Below, piece by piece: positions 1-10,011 of a stretch of DNA of 64,000 nucleotides. Source of the stretch: Patescibacteria group bacterium (GTDB lineage Bacteria; Patescibacteriota; Minisyncoccia; UBA6257; 2-01-FULL-56-20); contig JAGXBC010000004.1 in the NCBI GenBank assembly GCA_018971305.1, positions 4,028-68,027 of the forward strand, in the 5' to 3' direction. A program made the position numbers and the translations under genes. Within the stretch, counting starts at the first letter, position 1; each line of letters starts with the position of its first letter. The notes under the pieces are model-generated. The model saw only the letters and a list, made by a program, of their open reading frames with translations, did no database searches and had not been told where the DNA came from.

Positions 1-263
1 ACCGGATAGTAGCCGTGCTCGTCGGGGTCCGTAATTTTCAAATAAGCGCCGGCGTGGAGCGTAATCTTCGCGGGATACGTGAGCGTGATCTGCGTACCTT
101 CGGGGCCGGACGTGGGCGAAAGCGCGCTTTTTCCTCCCCCGCCGCTTTTGTGCAAGTGATAACCGGCAAGCCCCAAACCGATGATCGCAACGCCGATCAA
201 AAAGATCCATTTTGGATGCAGAAGCGCATTCCAAATATGCTTCAAGATATTATTCATTTTTAA
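1..263 (-). CDS. Partial CDS (N-terminal part). ATG at 263-261, membrane-anchored protein continuing beyond the left window edge.
   Basis: Reverse-strand translation from the ATG at 263 gives MNNILKHIWNALLHPKWIFLIGVAIIGLGLAGYHL... with a clear TM helix and no stop to the window edge. The + strand ORF 15..263 is Arg-rich low complexity, typical of an antisense artefact. Confidence 0.35.
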
Positions 264-671
264 AGTATAACATTTTGCCGCAGAAATAACCCTCCCGAGA
301 TTCGAACCAAGAAAAAATAGGTTTTCAATATAAATTCAAAGGGTGACATCCCAAGAGTAGCAGCAATGACTTTTCGGAGGTATAATGATTCATATAATCC
401 TTAAAAGGCCGATGTGTTTTAATTAACCTCATCATAAAAATATGGTAAAAGGAAACTTTCTTGGCGCGGCGATTGTTGCAATAATCTACACGGTCTATGT
501 TGTGTGGCACCCTCTTTCATCACGCTCACAGACAGCATTAGTATTAGTGATTCTTAATGCTTTAACTATCGTCCTGATGTCTTTTGCATTCAAAGGATAG
601 AAAGCGGAATAATGGGCCGAAGCGAAGTAGCCGCGAATCGCCTACGTTTTGATAAAATCAGGGTATCCACC

Positions 672-935
672 ATGTACTATCTTTATATGCTCCAATGCTC
701 TGACGGCAGTCTATACACGGGGATAACCAATGATATCGCAAAAAGGTTTTCCGAACACAAAAACAAAATAGGCGGGCGTTATACCCGCTCTCACGAGGTT
801 AAAAAAATTTTATACACCGAGAAATATAGAACAAAGAGCGGCGCCCTAAAACGTGAACTGGAAATCAAGAGCTGGCGACGGGAGAAGAAATTGGCTTTAA
901 TAAATAACCCAATCAAAGCCCCGCAGCAACTATAG
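672..935 (+). CDS. GIY-YIG nuclease family protein (UPF0213-like, about 87 aa). Track ORF 612..935; likely start at Met21.
   Basis: YYLYMLQCSDGSLYTGITNDIAKRFSEH matches the GIY-YIG catalytic motif. The size fits standalone GIY-YIG proteins. Confidence 0.7.
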   Translation: MYYLYMLQCSDGSLYTGITNDIAKRFSEHKNKIGGRYTRSHEVKKILYTEKYRTKSGALKRELEIKSWRREKKLALINNPIKAPQQL

Positions 936-943
936 GTGGAAAA

Positions 944-972
944 CAAAAGCGGTTCGATAGTCGAACCGCTTT
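944..972. terminator. Bidirectional intrinsic terminator hairpin between convergent genes.
   Basis: Perfect inverted repeat agcggttcga-tag-tcgaaccgct. Followed by a T-run on the minus strand (ttttgtttt) and a weak one on plus. Confidence 0.55.
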
Positions 973-975
973 ACA

Positions 976-1374
976 CTATCTCGGTTTTTTATCCCGCGGA
1001 TACACTACACAAGTATACTGTCCGGCCTTAACGTAAATCCCTTTCTCGTGGATTGCGGATGCGACCTCCGCGAGTCTCTCAAGAAGAAACGGAATTCTCT
1101 GTTTACCGAGAAAAGAAACTTCATAAACCCTGCAAACATCTTTATGTATTTCACCCGAAGAATCTTTCCAAAATCCCGTAACCGTAGATTTTGGAATCGT
1201 ACAAGCGTTAAAACGCTGTATAAGAAAATCATACACAATGCTTTTAACGGTCTTGCCGCCTATTTTCTTATTGAGCTTCCTTATCGGAATTAAAAACACC
1301 GCGGGTCGCCCAAGATCCTCAACCCAATATCTAGGATTGTCGGCAAATTCTCTCCATTTACTTTGCTGTTTCAT
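976..1374 (-). CDS. Hypothetical protein (132 aa).
   Basis: Intact ORF between convergent terminators. No motif recognised. Confidence 0.4.
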   Translation of the reverse strand: MKQQSKWREFADNPRYWVEDLGRPAVFLIPIRKLNKKIGGKTVKSIVYDFLIQRFNACTIPKSTVTGFWKDSSGEIHKDVCRVYEVSFLGKQRIPFLLERLAEVASAIHEKGIYVKAGQYTCVVYPRDKKPR

Positions 1375-1413
1375 AATTCCCCCATATCTGAATTGTTCTA
1401 GCGATATATTAAC

Positions 1414-2442
1414 CTAAACCTTTTCCCACGGCAATGAATCGTTGCCGAAATTTCCCTTTCTTGTTGCTTCCAGATATATAGGCCGGCGCAGGTCCAAAAG
1501 CTTGATGATCCCCTGCGGGCTCAGGTCAAAATTTTTTCTTACGTCCTCCGCCAATTTTTCGTCCATTCCGGTTCTTTCCACCTCAACCATAAGCGGTTCT
1601 TTAACGCCGATGGCGTAGGCAATTTTTACGAGTGCCTCTTTGACGCCATATTTTTTGACCAGATATTTTGCGAGATAACGCGCGGCATACGCGGCAGACC
1701 TGTCTACCTTTGTCGGGTCTTTGCCGGCATAAGATCCGCCGCCAATCGGAATGTCCGGTCCGTAATTATCAACCACAAGTTTCCTGCCGGACAAACCGCT
1801 ATCTGCGGTAAATCCACCTATAACAAATTTTCCAGTGGGATTGACCAATATCTTTACGCCGGACAAGTCGACGATCACTGGTTCAATAACATTTTTGATA
1901 ACGAAGTCCCGCAGGGTGTCGCCGGTAAAAGATTCAGTGTGCTGAGTGGAGACAAGAACGGTTATTATCTTCTCGCCAAGCATCGTAACCTGCGTCTTGC
2001 CGTCGGGACCAATATTTTTATTTCCCGCTTTACGAATATCTTCCAGTTTTTTCGCCAATTTTCTCGCGAGCACCACGGGCTTCGGCAGCATCTCCGGAGT
2101 TTCGTTCGTAGCATAGCCCACCATTATCCCCTGGTCGCCGGCGCCACCTGTGTCCACTCCTTGGGCTATTTCCGGAGATTGGGCGACAATTCTCGCCTCA
2201 ACCTCAATGCTTTCATCGTAACCGATATCGGCATAAACCGCTCTCGCTATTTTCGGGACATCAACTTTGGCCGAAGAAGTCACCTCTCCAGTCACAACAA
2301 GTTTTCCATGCGCGCCCAACGCCTCTATCGCGACCCTGGAATTGGGGTCTTGTTTTAAATATTCATCCAAAAGCGCGTCTACTATCTGGTCGCACACTTT
2401 GTCCGGATGGCCTATAGTCACCGATTCTGCTGTTCTTAGCAT
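1414..2442 (-). CDS. metK: S-adenosylmethionine synthetase (short form, 342 aa).
   Basis: SVTIGHPDKVCDQIVDALLD (the N-terminal hexapeptide motif variant) and GAGDQGIMVGYA, the MetK signature. Confidence 0.9.
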   Translation of the reverse strand: MLRTAESVTIGHPDKVCDQIVDALLDEYLKQDPNSRVAIEALGAHGKLVVTGEVTSSAKVDVPKIARAVYADIGYDESIEVEARIVAQSPEIAQGVDTGGAGDQGIMVGYATNETPEMLPKPVVLARKLAKKLEDIRKAGNKNIGPDGKTQVTMLGEKIITVLVSTQHTESFTGDTLRDFVIKNVIEPVIVDLSGVKILVNPTGKFVIGGFTADSGLSGRKLVVDNYGPDIPIGGGSYAGKDPTKVDRSAAYAARYLAKYLVKKYGVKEALVKIAYAIGVKEPLMVEVERTGMDEKLAEDVRKNFDLSPQGIIKLLDLRRPIYLEATRKGNFGNDSLPWEKV

Positions 2443-2541
2443 AATTTTTTATGTTTATTTTATATTAAGGTATAGGATAACATATTTGATAACTTACCCC
2501 ATAATACAGTAAAAAATATCTGTATTGTTATACTTTTATCA

Positions 2542-3819
2542 ATGGCGAAATTCGGCAGAAGAACAAAAAAACTTATCAAACTTATCGGCCCGGGGCTCGT
2601 GACCGGAGCGGCGGACGACGATCCGTCCGGAATCGCTACCTACACGCAAACAGGAGCGCAATTCGGCTACGGACAGCTCTGGACAGTCCCCTTTATCCTG
2701 CCCCTAATGACCGCAGTCCAAGAGGCCTGCGCGAGAATAGGCGCAGTCACGGGCAAAGGCATCGCCGCCGTTATTAAGGAACATTACAATAAAAAAATTC
2801 TTTATGGCGCGCTTGGATTGATATTGATAGCCAACACCATAAACATCGGCGCCGACCTTGGCGCGATGGGAGCCGCCGCGCGGCTTATCATTCCCCTTCC
2901 GCTCGGAATACTTACTCTCATTTTCACAGCCGCCATCCTGATATTGGAAGTATTTACCTCTTACAAAACCTACGCCAAAATACTCAAATGGCTGGCGCTC
3001 GCTTTATTCTCTTATGTGATAACCGTTTTTCTTGTGCACGAACCGTGGCTCGCGCTTTTGAAGGCGACCTTTATTCCGCACATTGAGTGGAACTTTACTT
3101 TTCTCTTTATAATCACCGGAGTTATCGGTACGACAATTTCTCCCTATATGTTTTTTTGGGAAGCATCTGAGGAGGTTGAGGAGGAAGGAAGAAGGCATCT
3201 TATCCTCAACGGCAAGCCCAAAATAACCAGATCGTTTATCCGCTCGCTCCGCTGGGATAATTTCTTGGGAATGCTTTCGTCGCAAGCAGCTACCTGGTGC
3301 ATTATAGTGGTCGCCGGCACGATTCTTAACGCCAACGGTATCACAAACGTTACGTCCGCGGCCGAAGCGGCAAAGGCATTGGAACCGCTTGTATTAACAT
3401 TCCCCTACGCCGGATTTTTGGCAAAATTTATCTTTGCCGCAGGCATTATTGGCCTCGGCCTGCTTGCCGTTCCAGTGCTCTCTGCTTCTGCTTCTTACGC
3501 GCTGTCGGAAACATTAAATTGGCATGAGGGATTAAATCTGAAGTTTAAAAAAGCTCACGGATTTTACGGAGTTATAACCATAGCCACCATCCTCGGATTA
3601 TTTATTAATTTTGTCGGAATCAATCCCATCCAAGCACTAGTTGTCACGGCGGTTGTGAATGGCATCATTTCGGTACCCCTTATTTTCCTTATCGCGAGAA
3701 TTGCCGGCAGTGAAAAAATAATGGGCGAATATAAAAGCGGTCCACTGTCCCAAACCCTTGTCTGGATTACTTTCGCGGTTATGGCCATAGCGGTCGTTGC
3801 GATGTTTATTTCTTTATAG
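2542..3819 (+). CDS. mntH: NRAMP family divalent metal (Mn2+/Fe2+) transporter.
   Basis: GPGLVTGAADDDPSGIATY is the NRAMP consensus. About 11 predicted TM segments. AT-rich promoter region upstream. Confidence 0.85.
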   Translation: MAKFGRRTKKLIKLIGPGLVTGAADDDPSGIATYTQTGAQFGYGQLWTVPFILPLMTAVQEACARIGAVTGKGIAAVIKEHYNKKILYGALGLILIANTINIGADLGAMGAAARLIIPLPLGILTLIFTAAILILEVFTSYKTYAKILKWLALALFSYVITVFLVHEPWLALLKATFIPHIEWNFTFLFIITGVIGTTISPYMFFWEASEEVEEEGRRHLILNGKPKITRSFIRSLRWDNFLGMLSSQAATWCIIVVAGTILNANGITNVTSAAEAAKALEPLVLTFPYAGFLAKFIFAAGIIGLGLLAVPVLSASASYALSETLNWHEGLNLKFKKAHGFYGVITIATILGLFINFVGINPIQALVVTAVVNGIISVPLIFLIARIAGSEKIMGEYKSGPLSQTLVWITFAVMAIAVVAMFISL

Positions 3820-3861
3820 ATGTTGCCGCGATTTCTACATAACTCACAACAATATTAAAAT

Positions 3862-5037
3862 TTATAGCGCGTAGGTGCTTGTTATTTTTGCGAACGCATC
3901 CTTGTCTCCCGAATCTATCGGCTTGCCTGCAGGCGGATTAATGGATAACGGATTTATGAGCGTACCGAACTTCCTCACTTCATAATGCAGGTGCGGGCCG
4001 GTAGCAAGTCCTGTGGCGCCAACATAGCCGATTACCTGCCCTTGCTTTACGTGCGCGCCGATCTTGATTCCTTTCGCGAAACTGGAGAAATGCCCGTAGG
4101 TCGTCGTGTATTCTTCGTTATAGCGAATAACAACTTTGTTCCCGTATTCCCCTCTCCAGCCGGCGTCTATCACAGTACCGTCACCGATAGAGACAACAGG
4201 CGTGCCGTAATTCGCGGCAAAATCAACCGCACGATGCGGTTCAACGGCACCGTTCACAGGATCAATCCGCCGGTAGGTGAAATAGGTACTGATGTATTTA
4301 TATTGCAGAGGAAACTTCAAGAATATTTTCTGCACGGAGTTGCCATTCTCGTCGTAATACCCTTCCGTAGTTTTGTCGGACTTAAAATAATAGGCGTAAT
4401 AGGGGTCGCCGCTATTTATAAATTTGGCAGCAAGAATTTTCCCGGGCATCTTGTAAACACCATTCAGGTAGCGGGCTTCGTAAATCATCTCAAATGAATC
4501 CCCTTTCTGAACGCTGAAAGCAAAATCCACCTGCCAGGCAAAAATTTCCGAAAGCAGCACGGCGAGGCGCGGGTCTTTGTTCTCATCAATTAGCGTCTGA
4601 TAAACAGATGAATCAATGGTCCCTTTTATAGTTTCAATTTTAATGTCGTAAGGAATATCCTTAACTGCGGACCGCCAATCGCCGCTATCAGTATTTTGAA
4701 TTTCAAGATTTTGATCGGCGTTGACGTTATAGACTATCCTCTTTACCTCATTAGTTGCGGCATCCGTGAATAATGACAGGACGTGTCCGGCCGTCAGCTT
4801 GGAAGTATCGTAAACATTATCCATAGACGCCACGATAGACGACCTGGTAGTTGTCGTAAGCGACAAATCATTCAAAAGAGCTTCAAAGGAGTAGCCGCTC
4901 GGTATCATTTTGTCTACCTCTCTAAGCGACTCTCTCTTCTCTGGAAGCAGAACTTTGCCTGAGTGACCTCCATGTACAACAATAAGAGCCGCCAAAGCGA
5001 CGGCAACGGCAAACACGGCGAATGTTACCCTGTTCAT
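3862..5037 (-). CDS. M23 family metallopeptidase (LytM-like) with N-terminal membrane anchor.
   Basis: C-terminal GTPVVSIGDGTVIDAGW...GNKVVIRY...TTYGHFSSF...GATGLATGPHLHYEV (HxxxD/HxH M23 motifs). N-terminal TM. Confidence 0.8.
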   Translation of the reverse strand: MNRVTFAVFAVAVALAALIVVHGGHSGKVLLPEKRESLREVDKMIPSGYSFEALLNDLSLTTTTRSSIVASMDNVYDTSKLTAGHVLSLFTDAATNEVKRIVYNVNADQNLEIQNTDSGDWRSAVKDIPYDIKIETIKGTIDSSVYQTLIDENKDPRLAVLLSEIFAWQVDFAFSVQKGDSFEMIYEARYLNGVYKMPGKILAAKFINSGDPYYAYYFKSDKTTEGYYDENGNSVQKIFLKFPLQYKYISTYFTYRRIDPVNGAVEPHRAVDFAANYGTPVVSIGDGTVIDAGWRGEYGNKVVIRYNEEYTTTYGHFSSFAKGIKIGAHVKQGQVIGYVGATGLATGPHLHYEVRKFGTLINPLSINPPAGKPIDSGDKDAFAKITSTYAL

Positions 5038-5069
5038 CTTAATCTAGAGGATAAACAGCGGAGGCCTAT

Positions 5070-5420
5070 TTAGCAACTCCGCAAACCACTTACCCCAAGA
5101 AATGAGCCAACAATCAGCGGTAGGCCCTTTGCCAAAATAGCTACTATTAAAGCAATAATAGCGTATGTAATAGCGCTGGAGTTGTCTCTTTTACTGGAGG
5201 ACTCACCTGCGGTTAAAATCGCGTACGCTCCTATTATGAAGAGGAGTACAGATATCACTATGAAGAAAGTAAAAATCCAGTTTATCGCAGAACAGATAAG
5301 ACCTATAAATCCCCCGATGGTTGTAACCGGAGGAGGAATATAGGATATCTGAGCGAAAGCCGCTAAAGGAAAAAGTGAGCTGAGAAAAATAGCCGCAGCT
5401 AATTTCAATTTATTTTTCAT
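5070..5420 (-). CDS. Small secreted/membrane protein (signal peptide plus 2 TM). Architecture resembles TrbC/VirB2-type pilins.
   Basis: Signal peptide ending AFAQ, then two hydrophobic helices. 116 aa. No enzymatic motif. Confidence 0.4.
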   Translation of the reverse strand: MKNKLKLAAAIFLSSLFPLAAFAQISYIPPPVTTIGGFIGLICSAINWIFTFFIVISVLLFIIGAYAILTAGESSSKRDNSSAITYAIIALIVAILAKGLPLIVGSFLGVSGLRSC

Positions 5421-5458
5421 ATACCTAAAAACTAAAGCTGCTACCTATTTAATATTGC

Positions 5459-6196
5459 TTAGCTGCTCGCAGTATCGTGCGCCGCTTTAAGAATATTGCT
5501 TATTGATTGGATGACCTGAGCCTGGCCCTGAAGATTATTCTGAAGGCTGGTTTGTCCAATACTGGCATTAAGCTTGGTTTCCAATTCTGCGGAAGCCACG
5601 GAGCTCGGAACACTGAACAAGAAACTGTACCAGGGATAATGGACTTTAACTCTTCCCTGCGCGTCTGTCTCAACTTGAGCCGAGAGACTACTACCGAAAA
5701 CCCCGAATAATTTAGCCGGCTCTTTGTAGGAAACTTTAACAGTATCGCTCGCGACCTGAACGTCTTCCACGTTATCGTCGCGTAAGAGCACGCCCTTGGC
5801 GAAATTCTGCAGATCCTGCCCGGAACGCAACTCGGCCTGCGCCTTAACCGTACCTAAAAATTGCTGCTTTTGAGTGGCATCCCAACCGCGGATTTCCACC
5901 GCCGAGGCACTGATAACAGATGCGTTTTTGGAAGAAGTACCCTCGTCAAATGTTGAAGTGTTAAATCGCGACCTATCAAATCCAGATGTACTTGTATTTT
6001 CCTGTTCTCCATTTGATCTTGATCCAACATCGCTATGCTGCGTAACCTCAACCGAACCGCTGGAACTGCCCCGAACCCCGGTTTGCGCCTGGACGCCGAC
6101 GTAAATTCCCCCGTCCTCAGCAAAACTCCTGCCCGCGAACACTAACAAACCGACCGCAACCGTCAAAACCAAAACATTTAAATGTGATTTTTTCAT
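5459..6196 (-). CDS. Secreted hypothetical protein (DUF5667-like, low complexity).
   Basis: N-terminal signal peptide, Ser/Thr/Gly-rich region and a conserved C-terminal half. The family is common next to pilus genes in CPR-like genomes (from memory). Confidence 0.45.
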   Translation of the reverse strand: MKKSHLNVLVLTVAVGLLVFAGRSFAEDGGIYVGVQAQTGVRGSSSGSVEVTQHSDVGSRSNGEQENTSTSGFDRSRFNTSTFDEGTSSKNASVISASAVEIRGWDATQKQQFLGTVKAQAELRSGQDLQNFAKGVLLRDDNVEDVQVASDTVKVSYKEPAKLFGVFGSSLSAQVETDAQGRVKVHYPWYSFLFSVPSSVASAELETKLNASIGQTSLQNNLQGQAQVIQSISNILKAAHDTASS

Positions 6197-6261
6197 ATAG
6201 TTTATTTTAGCATATTTTATAGATATACGTACAGGCGTGATGAACGCAACACGGCAATATA

Positions 6262-6292
6262 AAAACCCCCAAATTTTGAGGGTTATTATGTG
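6262..6292 (-). terminator. Putative intrinsic terminator downstream of the major pilin gene.
   Basis: On the minus strand, ccctc-aaaattt-ggggg followed by tttttat. Confidence 0.4.
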
Positions 6293-6313
6293 TAAGGGTT
6301 AATTTCTTAACCT

Positions 6314-6796
6314 TTAGCGAGTTACGGAGATCGTGCTAGTTGATAACTCTGTGCCAGGAGCGGAAACTGTTATACGACTGCTCGAAGCATCCTGAATAAT
6401 ATTATAGTCCGTATTATATGTAGTACAATTATTCGGATCATCACATTTTACTCCCTGCGATGGATCAATAGGTAGCTCAGACATGTAGGTCGGAACCAAA
6501 CACGGGCGAAGATTAAGCGTTGCCGAAGAAATATCCTGCGCCGGCGTAGACGTAGGAATATTTACTGCAACACCGCCAACCGTGCACTTAAACAATCCTT
6601 GGTTATCCGCCATGTTCTGGCCAATGGCATCCAGTATGGCATTAACGTTACTCTGACGCTGTGAGTTACGCGCCTGCGCGAACTGTCTCGCCGGGTTCAA
6701 AGCCACGAGCACAACTGCCGCCAAAATGGCGATAATGCCTATGACCACGAGAATTTCAATAAGTGTAAAACCTTTGATATTCTTCGTATTTTTCAT
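6314..6796 (-). CDS. Type IV pilin (prepilin-type N-terminal cleavage/methylation domain). Candidate major pilin.
   Basis: KGFTLIEILVVIGIIAILAAV: class III signal with G-1/F+1/E+5. Cys pair near the C-terminus. Confidence 0.8.
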   Translation of the reverse strand: MKNTKNIKGFTLIEILVVIGIIAILAAVVLVALNPARQFAQARNSQRQSNVNAILDAIGQNMADNQGLFKCTVGGVAVNIPTSTPAQDISSATLNLRPCLVPTYMSELPIDPSQGVKCDDPNNCTTYNTDYNIIQDASSSRITVSAPGTELSTSTISVTR

Positions 6797-6899
6797 TATT
6801 TTATTGCTTTTATTAAGATTCTTTTCGACCTTTCGGACTTAGTATTGTATTTATATATCATAAGGAACGATTTGTGGCAACCCCCCGCGATAAAATCTC

Positions 6900-7322
6900 T
6901 TACGTTTGCTTAGGAACTTCGCTCCAGGTGACGATTCCCATATCGGAACTGTCTGCTGTTATAACCAGGTCTGTATATGCCCGCTCGGCGGCGCCTTGGG
7001 GATATTGAGCGCTGACCTTAACGATAATCTGGGTGCTTCCGCTTTTTACTATTGACAAAATATTACAAGAATCTGTTCCCAAATAAATTGTCTCCGGGCC
7101 AACATAGCTACCATCTATCGCTCGCTTTAAAAGGGCGGTGTTAGCACACGCTTCCGCGAGAGAATAACTTTTTTCTTTATACGAAAGATATAAAACATTA
7201 AAACGGGAAAAGAATCCGGTAAAGCTAAGCGACAAAGTAACCGCCAAAAGTAGAACCGCTATAACAAGAGCGGAGGTAACGGCGATAAATCCTTTTTGAT
7301 TTTCTTGCGAACGATTCCTCAT
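6900..7322 (-). CDS. Pilin-like / pseudopilin-like protein (atypical N-terminus).
   Basis: QKGFIAVTSALVIAVLLLAV hydrophobic N-terminus without E+5. Sits inside the pilin gene array. Confidence 0.5.
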   Translation of the reverse strand: MRNRSQENQKGFIAVTSALVIAVLLLAVTLSLSFTGFFSRFNVLYLSYKEKSYSLAEACANTALLKRAIDGSYVGPETIYLGTDSCNILSIVKSGSTQIIVKVSAQYPQGAAERAYTDLVITADSSDMGIVTWSEVPKQT

Positions 7323-7789
7323 CTTAAATATGTGGTGACATCAAAAGATTGCGTTTCGTTCAAGTTTTTTAACGTGAACTGCGCCTCTACGCCGGCGGGC
7401 TTACTTCCGGAGGGAGGAATATTTATAAACGAAAGAGATATTACCTGCACACTTTGACTGTTTAATCTTTCGGCCGGTCCTCCGCCGATTGAAAGGGTTA
7501 ATCCGTCACCGTTTAGGGCAAAAACAAGCGGGCTGGGAGGATTTAACTGCGTTATCGTAAGCGTAGAAGCATTGGGAACGATAGAAATCGCTCCGGTAAG
7601 AGCCCAATTAAGTTTGCGCATTATAAACACGGATTCTTCGTTGATGAAAACTTTGCTCTGGAGATTTCCGCTTCCGCCAACTACGGCATAAGTGGTAAGA
7701 AGCATGCCGCCGACCACCAGCGTAAAAAGGGCGATGTAAATAATTATTTCTATTAAGGTGAAACCACCTGTTTTATTAAGAGGCTTCAT
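7319..7789 (-). CDS. Prepilin-type minor pilin. Track ORF 7319..7861; likely start at Met25.
   Basis: KTGGFTLIEIIIYIALFTLVVGG class III signal. Overlaps neighbours by a few nt (operon). Confidence 0.7.
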   Translation of the reverse strand: MKPLNKTGGFTLIEIIIYIALFTLVVGGMLLTTYAVVGGSGNLQSKVFINEESVFIMRKLNWALTGAISIVPNASTLTITQLNPPSPLVFALNGDGLTLSIGGGPAERLNSQSVQVISLSFINIPPSGSKPAGVEAQFTLKNLNETQSFDVTTYLR

Positions 7790-9560
7790 TGTCATCTTCT
7801 GGGTTATACGATGCTGAATTGTTGGGGTTCCCGTCCGTGTGGCACTGAGGATCTGCAGCATCTATTTTACCATCGCCATCATCGTCAATTTTATCTGCAC
7901 ACTGAGCTGGCCGAATAATACGAAGGCCGTCGTTTTGATTGTTCGAGCTATAAATAAAATTGTCCTCAAGATCAAGGCCTGTTGTGTGATTGGAAAAATT
8001 ATAAGGACCAATCGGCTTTATGGCGGCTGGATTTGAAATGTCCAACGTTAAAAATCCGATATTGGAATCGTCCAGTGAAAGAAACGCATAATTCCCGCTT
8101 ACCCGAGTTCCGGTCACGGTAGAACCAGAAATATTTTTGCTGATACTGGAGCCCAAATTTATTGAACAGGTCGCACAAAGTTCAACCGGAGTAGTTGGGT
8201 TCGAGATATCTAGAATGTAAAAATCTCTCTCGCTCGTGCTATTTACTATCTGCCGCCCAAAATATAATCGATTGCCGACAATAAAAATACTTGTCGCGTC
8301 TTCGTCGTCGCTTGCGCTTCTTTGGGCGTCAAAAGAACCCACAAGCTGTATATTTGCCGGGTTGCCGACATTATAAACCATTATTTCTCCGGAATCGTTT
8401 GACGTTGCTAAATAAGCGTAGTCCCCCCGTACAGCAATAGCATTTACATTATGGTTGACGTTTACGCTACCCATCCAAATCGGATTAGCCGGACTACTCG
8501 TATCACACATAGGAAAGGCGGGCTCTGGCCGTACGCAAAAAACATGAAATTCGTTATTTTTCGTGGACGGCAGCGCCAAGTTCGCAATATATTTAGTTCC
8601 CACATAAACTCTTCCGTCATAATAGAAAACACTCTGTCCGGCCAAACAAGGCTTCGAACAGGTGAACGTAATGTTGGGCAAAGTAGTTGAAGCAATTACC
8701 ATTGGATTCGCTGGATCAGTTGAAACGTCAATCACTTGAAGCTGTTTTTGATTGTCGTTCTGAACTACATAAGCATAAATTTTACCGGTATTATTGTCGC
8801 GAGCAACGTCAACTGAATTGAGCCCTGGTCCAATATTTAAGCTTCCTACGATTGGAGGCATAATTCCGTTGATGATGCCAGTGCCATCCAGTATGAAAAA
8901 ATTATCCTTATTAGACATGGCCGTCATATAAATAGTTTTATTCAGCACGTCCATGTCGGTTGCCGGCGTTCCAGCGGCAGAATTTACCAAGGGGTTGTCA
9001 TTGTACGAAGCCTTGTAGTTAAGATCGCGCGACATAAGCGTATTCGGATTCGTCCAACCTCCACCAGGTGGATTAATTTCACAATCCCCGCCCAGAGCGA
9101 TTGCTCCAGCAACGTCCGTAAAAACAGTGGAAAGGTTAACACCTTGTGGGCGAAGTGAACCGCTGTTCCAGGTTACGCTGCTTGTAACATCCTTCACACA
9201 TTCGGTAATATCCGCAACCTGTAAATTAATGGAATAAAAACTCTGTGCGCTTGATGTTGTAACTAAGGAATTAAAACTTCCCGCCACGGCAACCCTCGCC
9301 GCATCAAGCTGCTCTCTCGCCAGAGTAACAGCCTCGTTATTGGTTTCCGTATCCACCGTATAAGATTGATTGCTGAACGCCACCATAATGGAAGCGGAAA
9401 CTGCAAAAACAAGTACGGCGAGAGCGACGAGCATCTCCAGCGCTGCCTGTCCCGTTAGAAGTCGCGCTCGCGACGTAGTCGCGAGTCCGGAGGACCGCGG
9501 CGCGGCTAATTCTAACGGGACCTGACCCCTTTTATATTTTTTACCAACTGATTTGGCCAT
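7776..9560 (-). CDS. Large pilin-like protein: prepilin-like N-terminus, beta-propeller (LVIVD-type repeats) and a C-terminal TSP3-like Ca-binding loop flanked by Cys. Candidate pilus tip adhesin.
   Basis: TGQAALEMLVALAVLVFAV (G/QAALE with E+5). Repeated YAY/LA..D propeller-blade-like segments. C-terminal CADKIDDDGDGKIDAADPQC. Confidence 0.6.
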   Translation of the reverse strand: MAKSVGKKYKRGQVPLELAAPRSSGLATTSRARLLTGQAALEMLVALAVLVFAVSASIMVAFSNQSYTVDTETNNEAVTLAREQLDAARVAVAGSFNSLVTTSSAQSFYSINLQVADITECVKDVTSSVTWNSGSLRPQGVNLSTVFTDVAGAIALGGDCEINPPGGGWTNPNTLMSRDLNYKASYNDNPLVNSAAGTPATDMDVLNKTIYMTAMSNKDNFFILDGTGIINGIMPPIVGSLNIGPGLNSVDVARDNNTGKIYAYVVQNDNQKQLQVIDVSTDPANPMVIASTTLPNITFTCSKPCLAGQSVFYYDGRVYVGTKYIANLALPSTKNNEFHVFCVRPEPAFPMCDTSSPANPIWMGSVNVNHNVNAIAVRGDYAYLATSNDSGEIMVYNVGNPANIQLVGSFDAQRSASDDEDATSIFIVGNRLYFGRQIVNSTSERDFYILDISNPTTPVELCATCSINLGSSISKNISGSTVTGTRVSGNYAFLSLDDSNIGFLTLDISNPAAIKPIGPYNFSNHTTGLDLEDNFIYSSNNQNDGLRIIRPAQCADKIDDDGDGKIDAADPQCHTDGNPNNSASYNPEDDNEAS

Positions 9561-10011
9561 TGTTGTTTATTGAAATCGTGGAACTGCGAACACCGTCACC
9601 TATCGTAAAAGTTCCGAGATAACTCGTTGAAGCGCTAAGCTGGTTAAAAACAACGTCTTGCGGCAACACCGGATTGCCAGTGATTTTCACGCCGCCGGAA
9701 GGAGTAATTGCTTGATTAAGCGAACCACCCTCCACATAAGGAGTCCCCTGGAAGATAACATATCTGCCGCTTTCAACGTGAACGCCATGCACATCTTCGT
9801 TTATGTTCAGCATAGATTCCATTCTCGCTTTTTGCAGAGCGCTTATAAAAATATTCTTTTCCGAACGGAAAGAATAGCTGCGGTAAAAATCCATGCTTAC
9901 CCAAAGCCCCATACTGGCCAAAATGCCTATAAGGGCAATGACAATGATTATCTCTATGAGGGTAAACCCGGAGCGCTTTGAATTAGGGGTGGATGTACTG
10001 AGTAAGTTCAT
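9541..10011 (-). CDS. Minor pseudopilin (GspH/FimT-like).
   Basis: KRSGFTLIEIIIVIALIGILASM class III signal. Confidence 0.75.
   Translation of the reverse strand: MNLLSTSTPNSKRSGFTLIEIIIVIALIGILASMGLWVSMDFYRSYSFRSEKNIFISALQKARMESMLNINEDVHGVHVESGRYVIFQGTPYVEGGSLNQAITPSGGVKITGNPVLPQDVVFNQLSASTSYLGTFTIGDGVRSSTISINNNGQISW

Noticed and set aside
15-263. Track ORF on + strand (82 aa, Arg-rich).
   Set aside because: Low-complexity basic sequence with a GTG start. The opposite strand encodes a plausible TM-anchored N-terminus, so this is treated as an antisense artefact.
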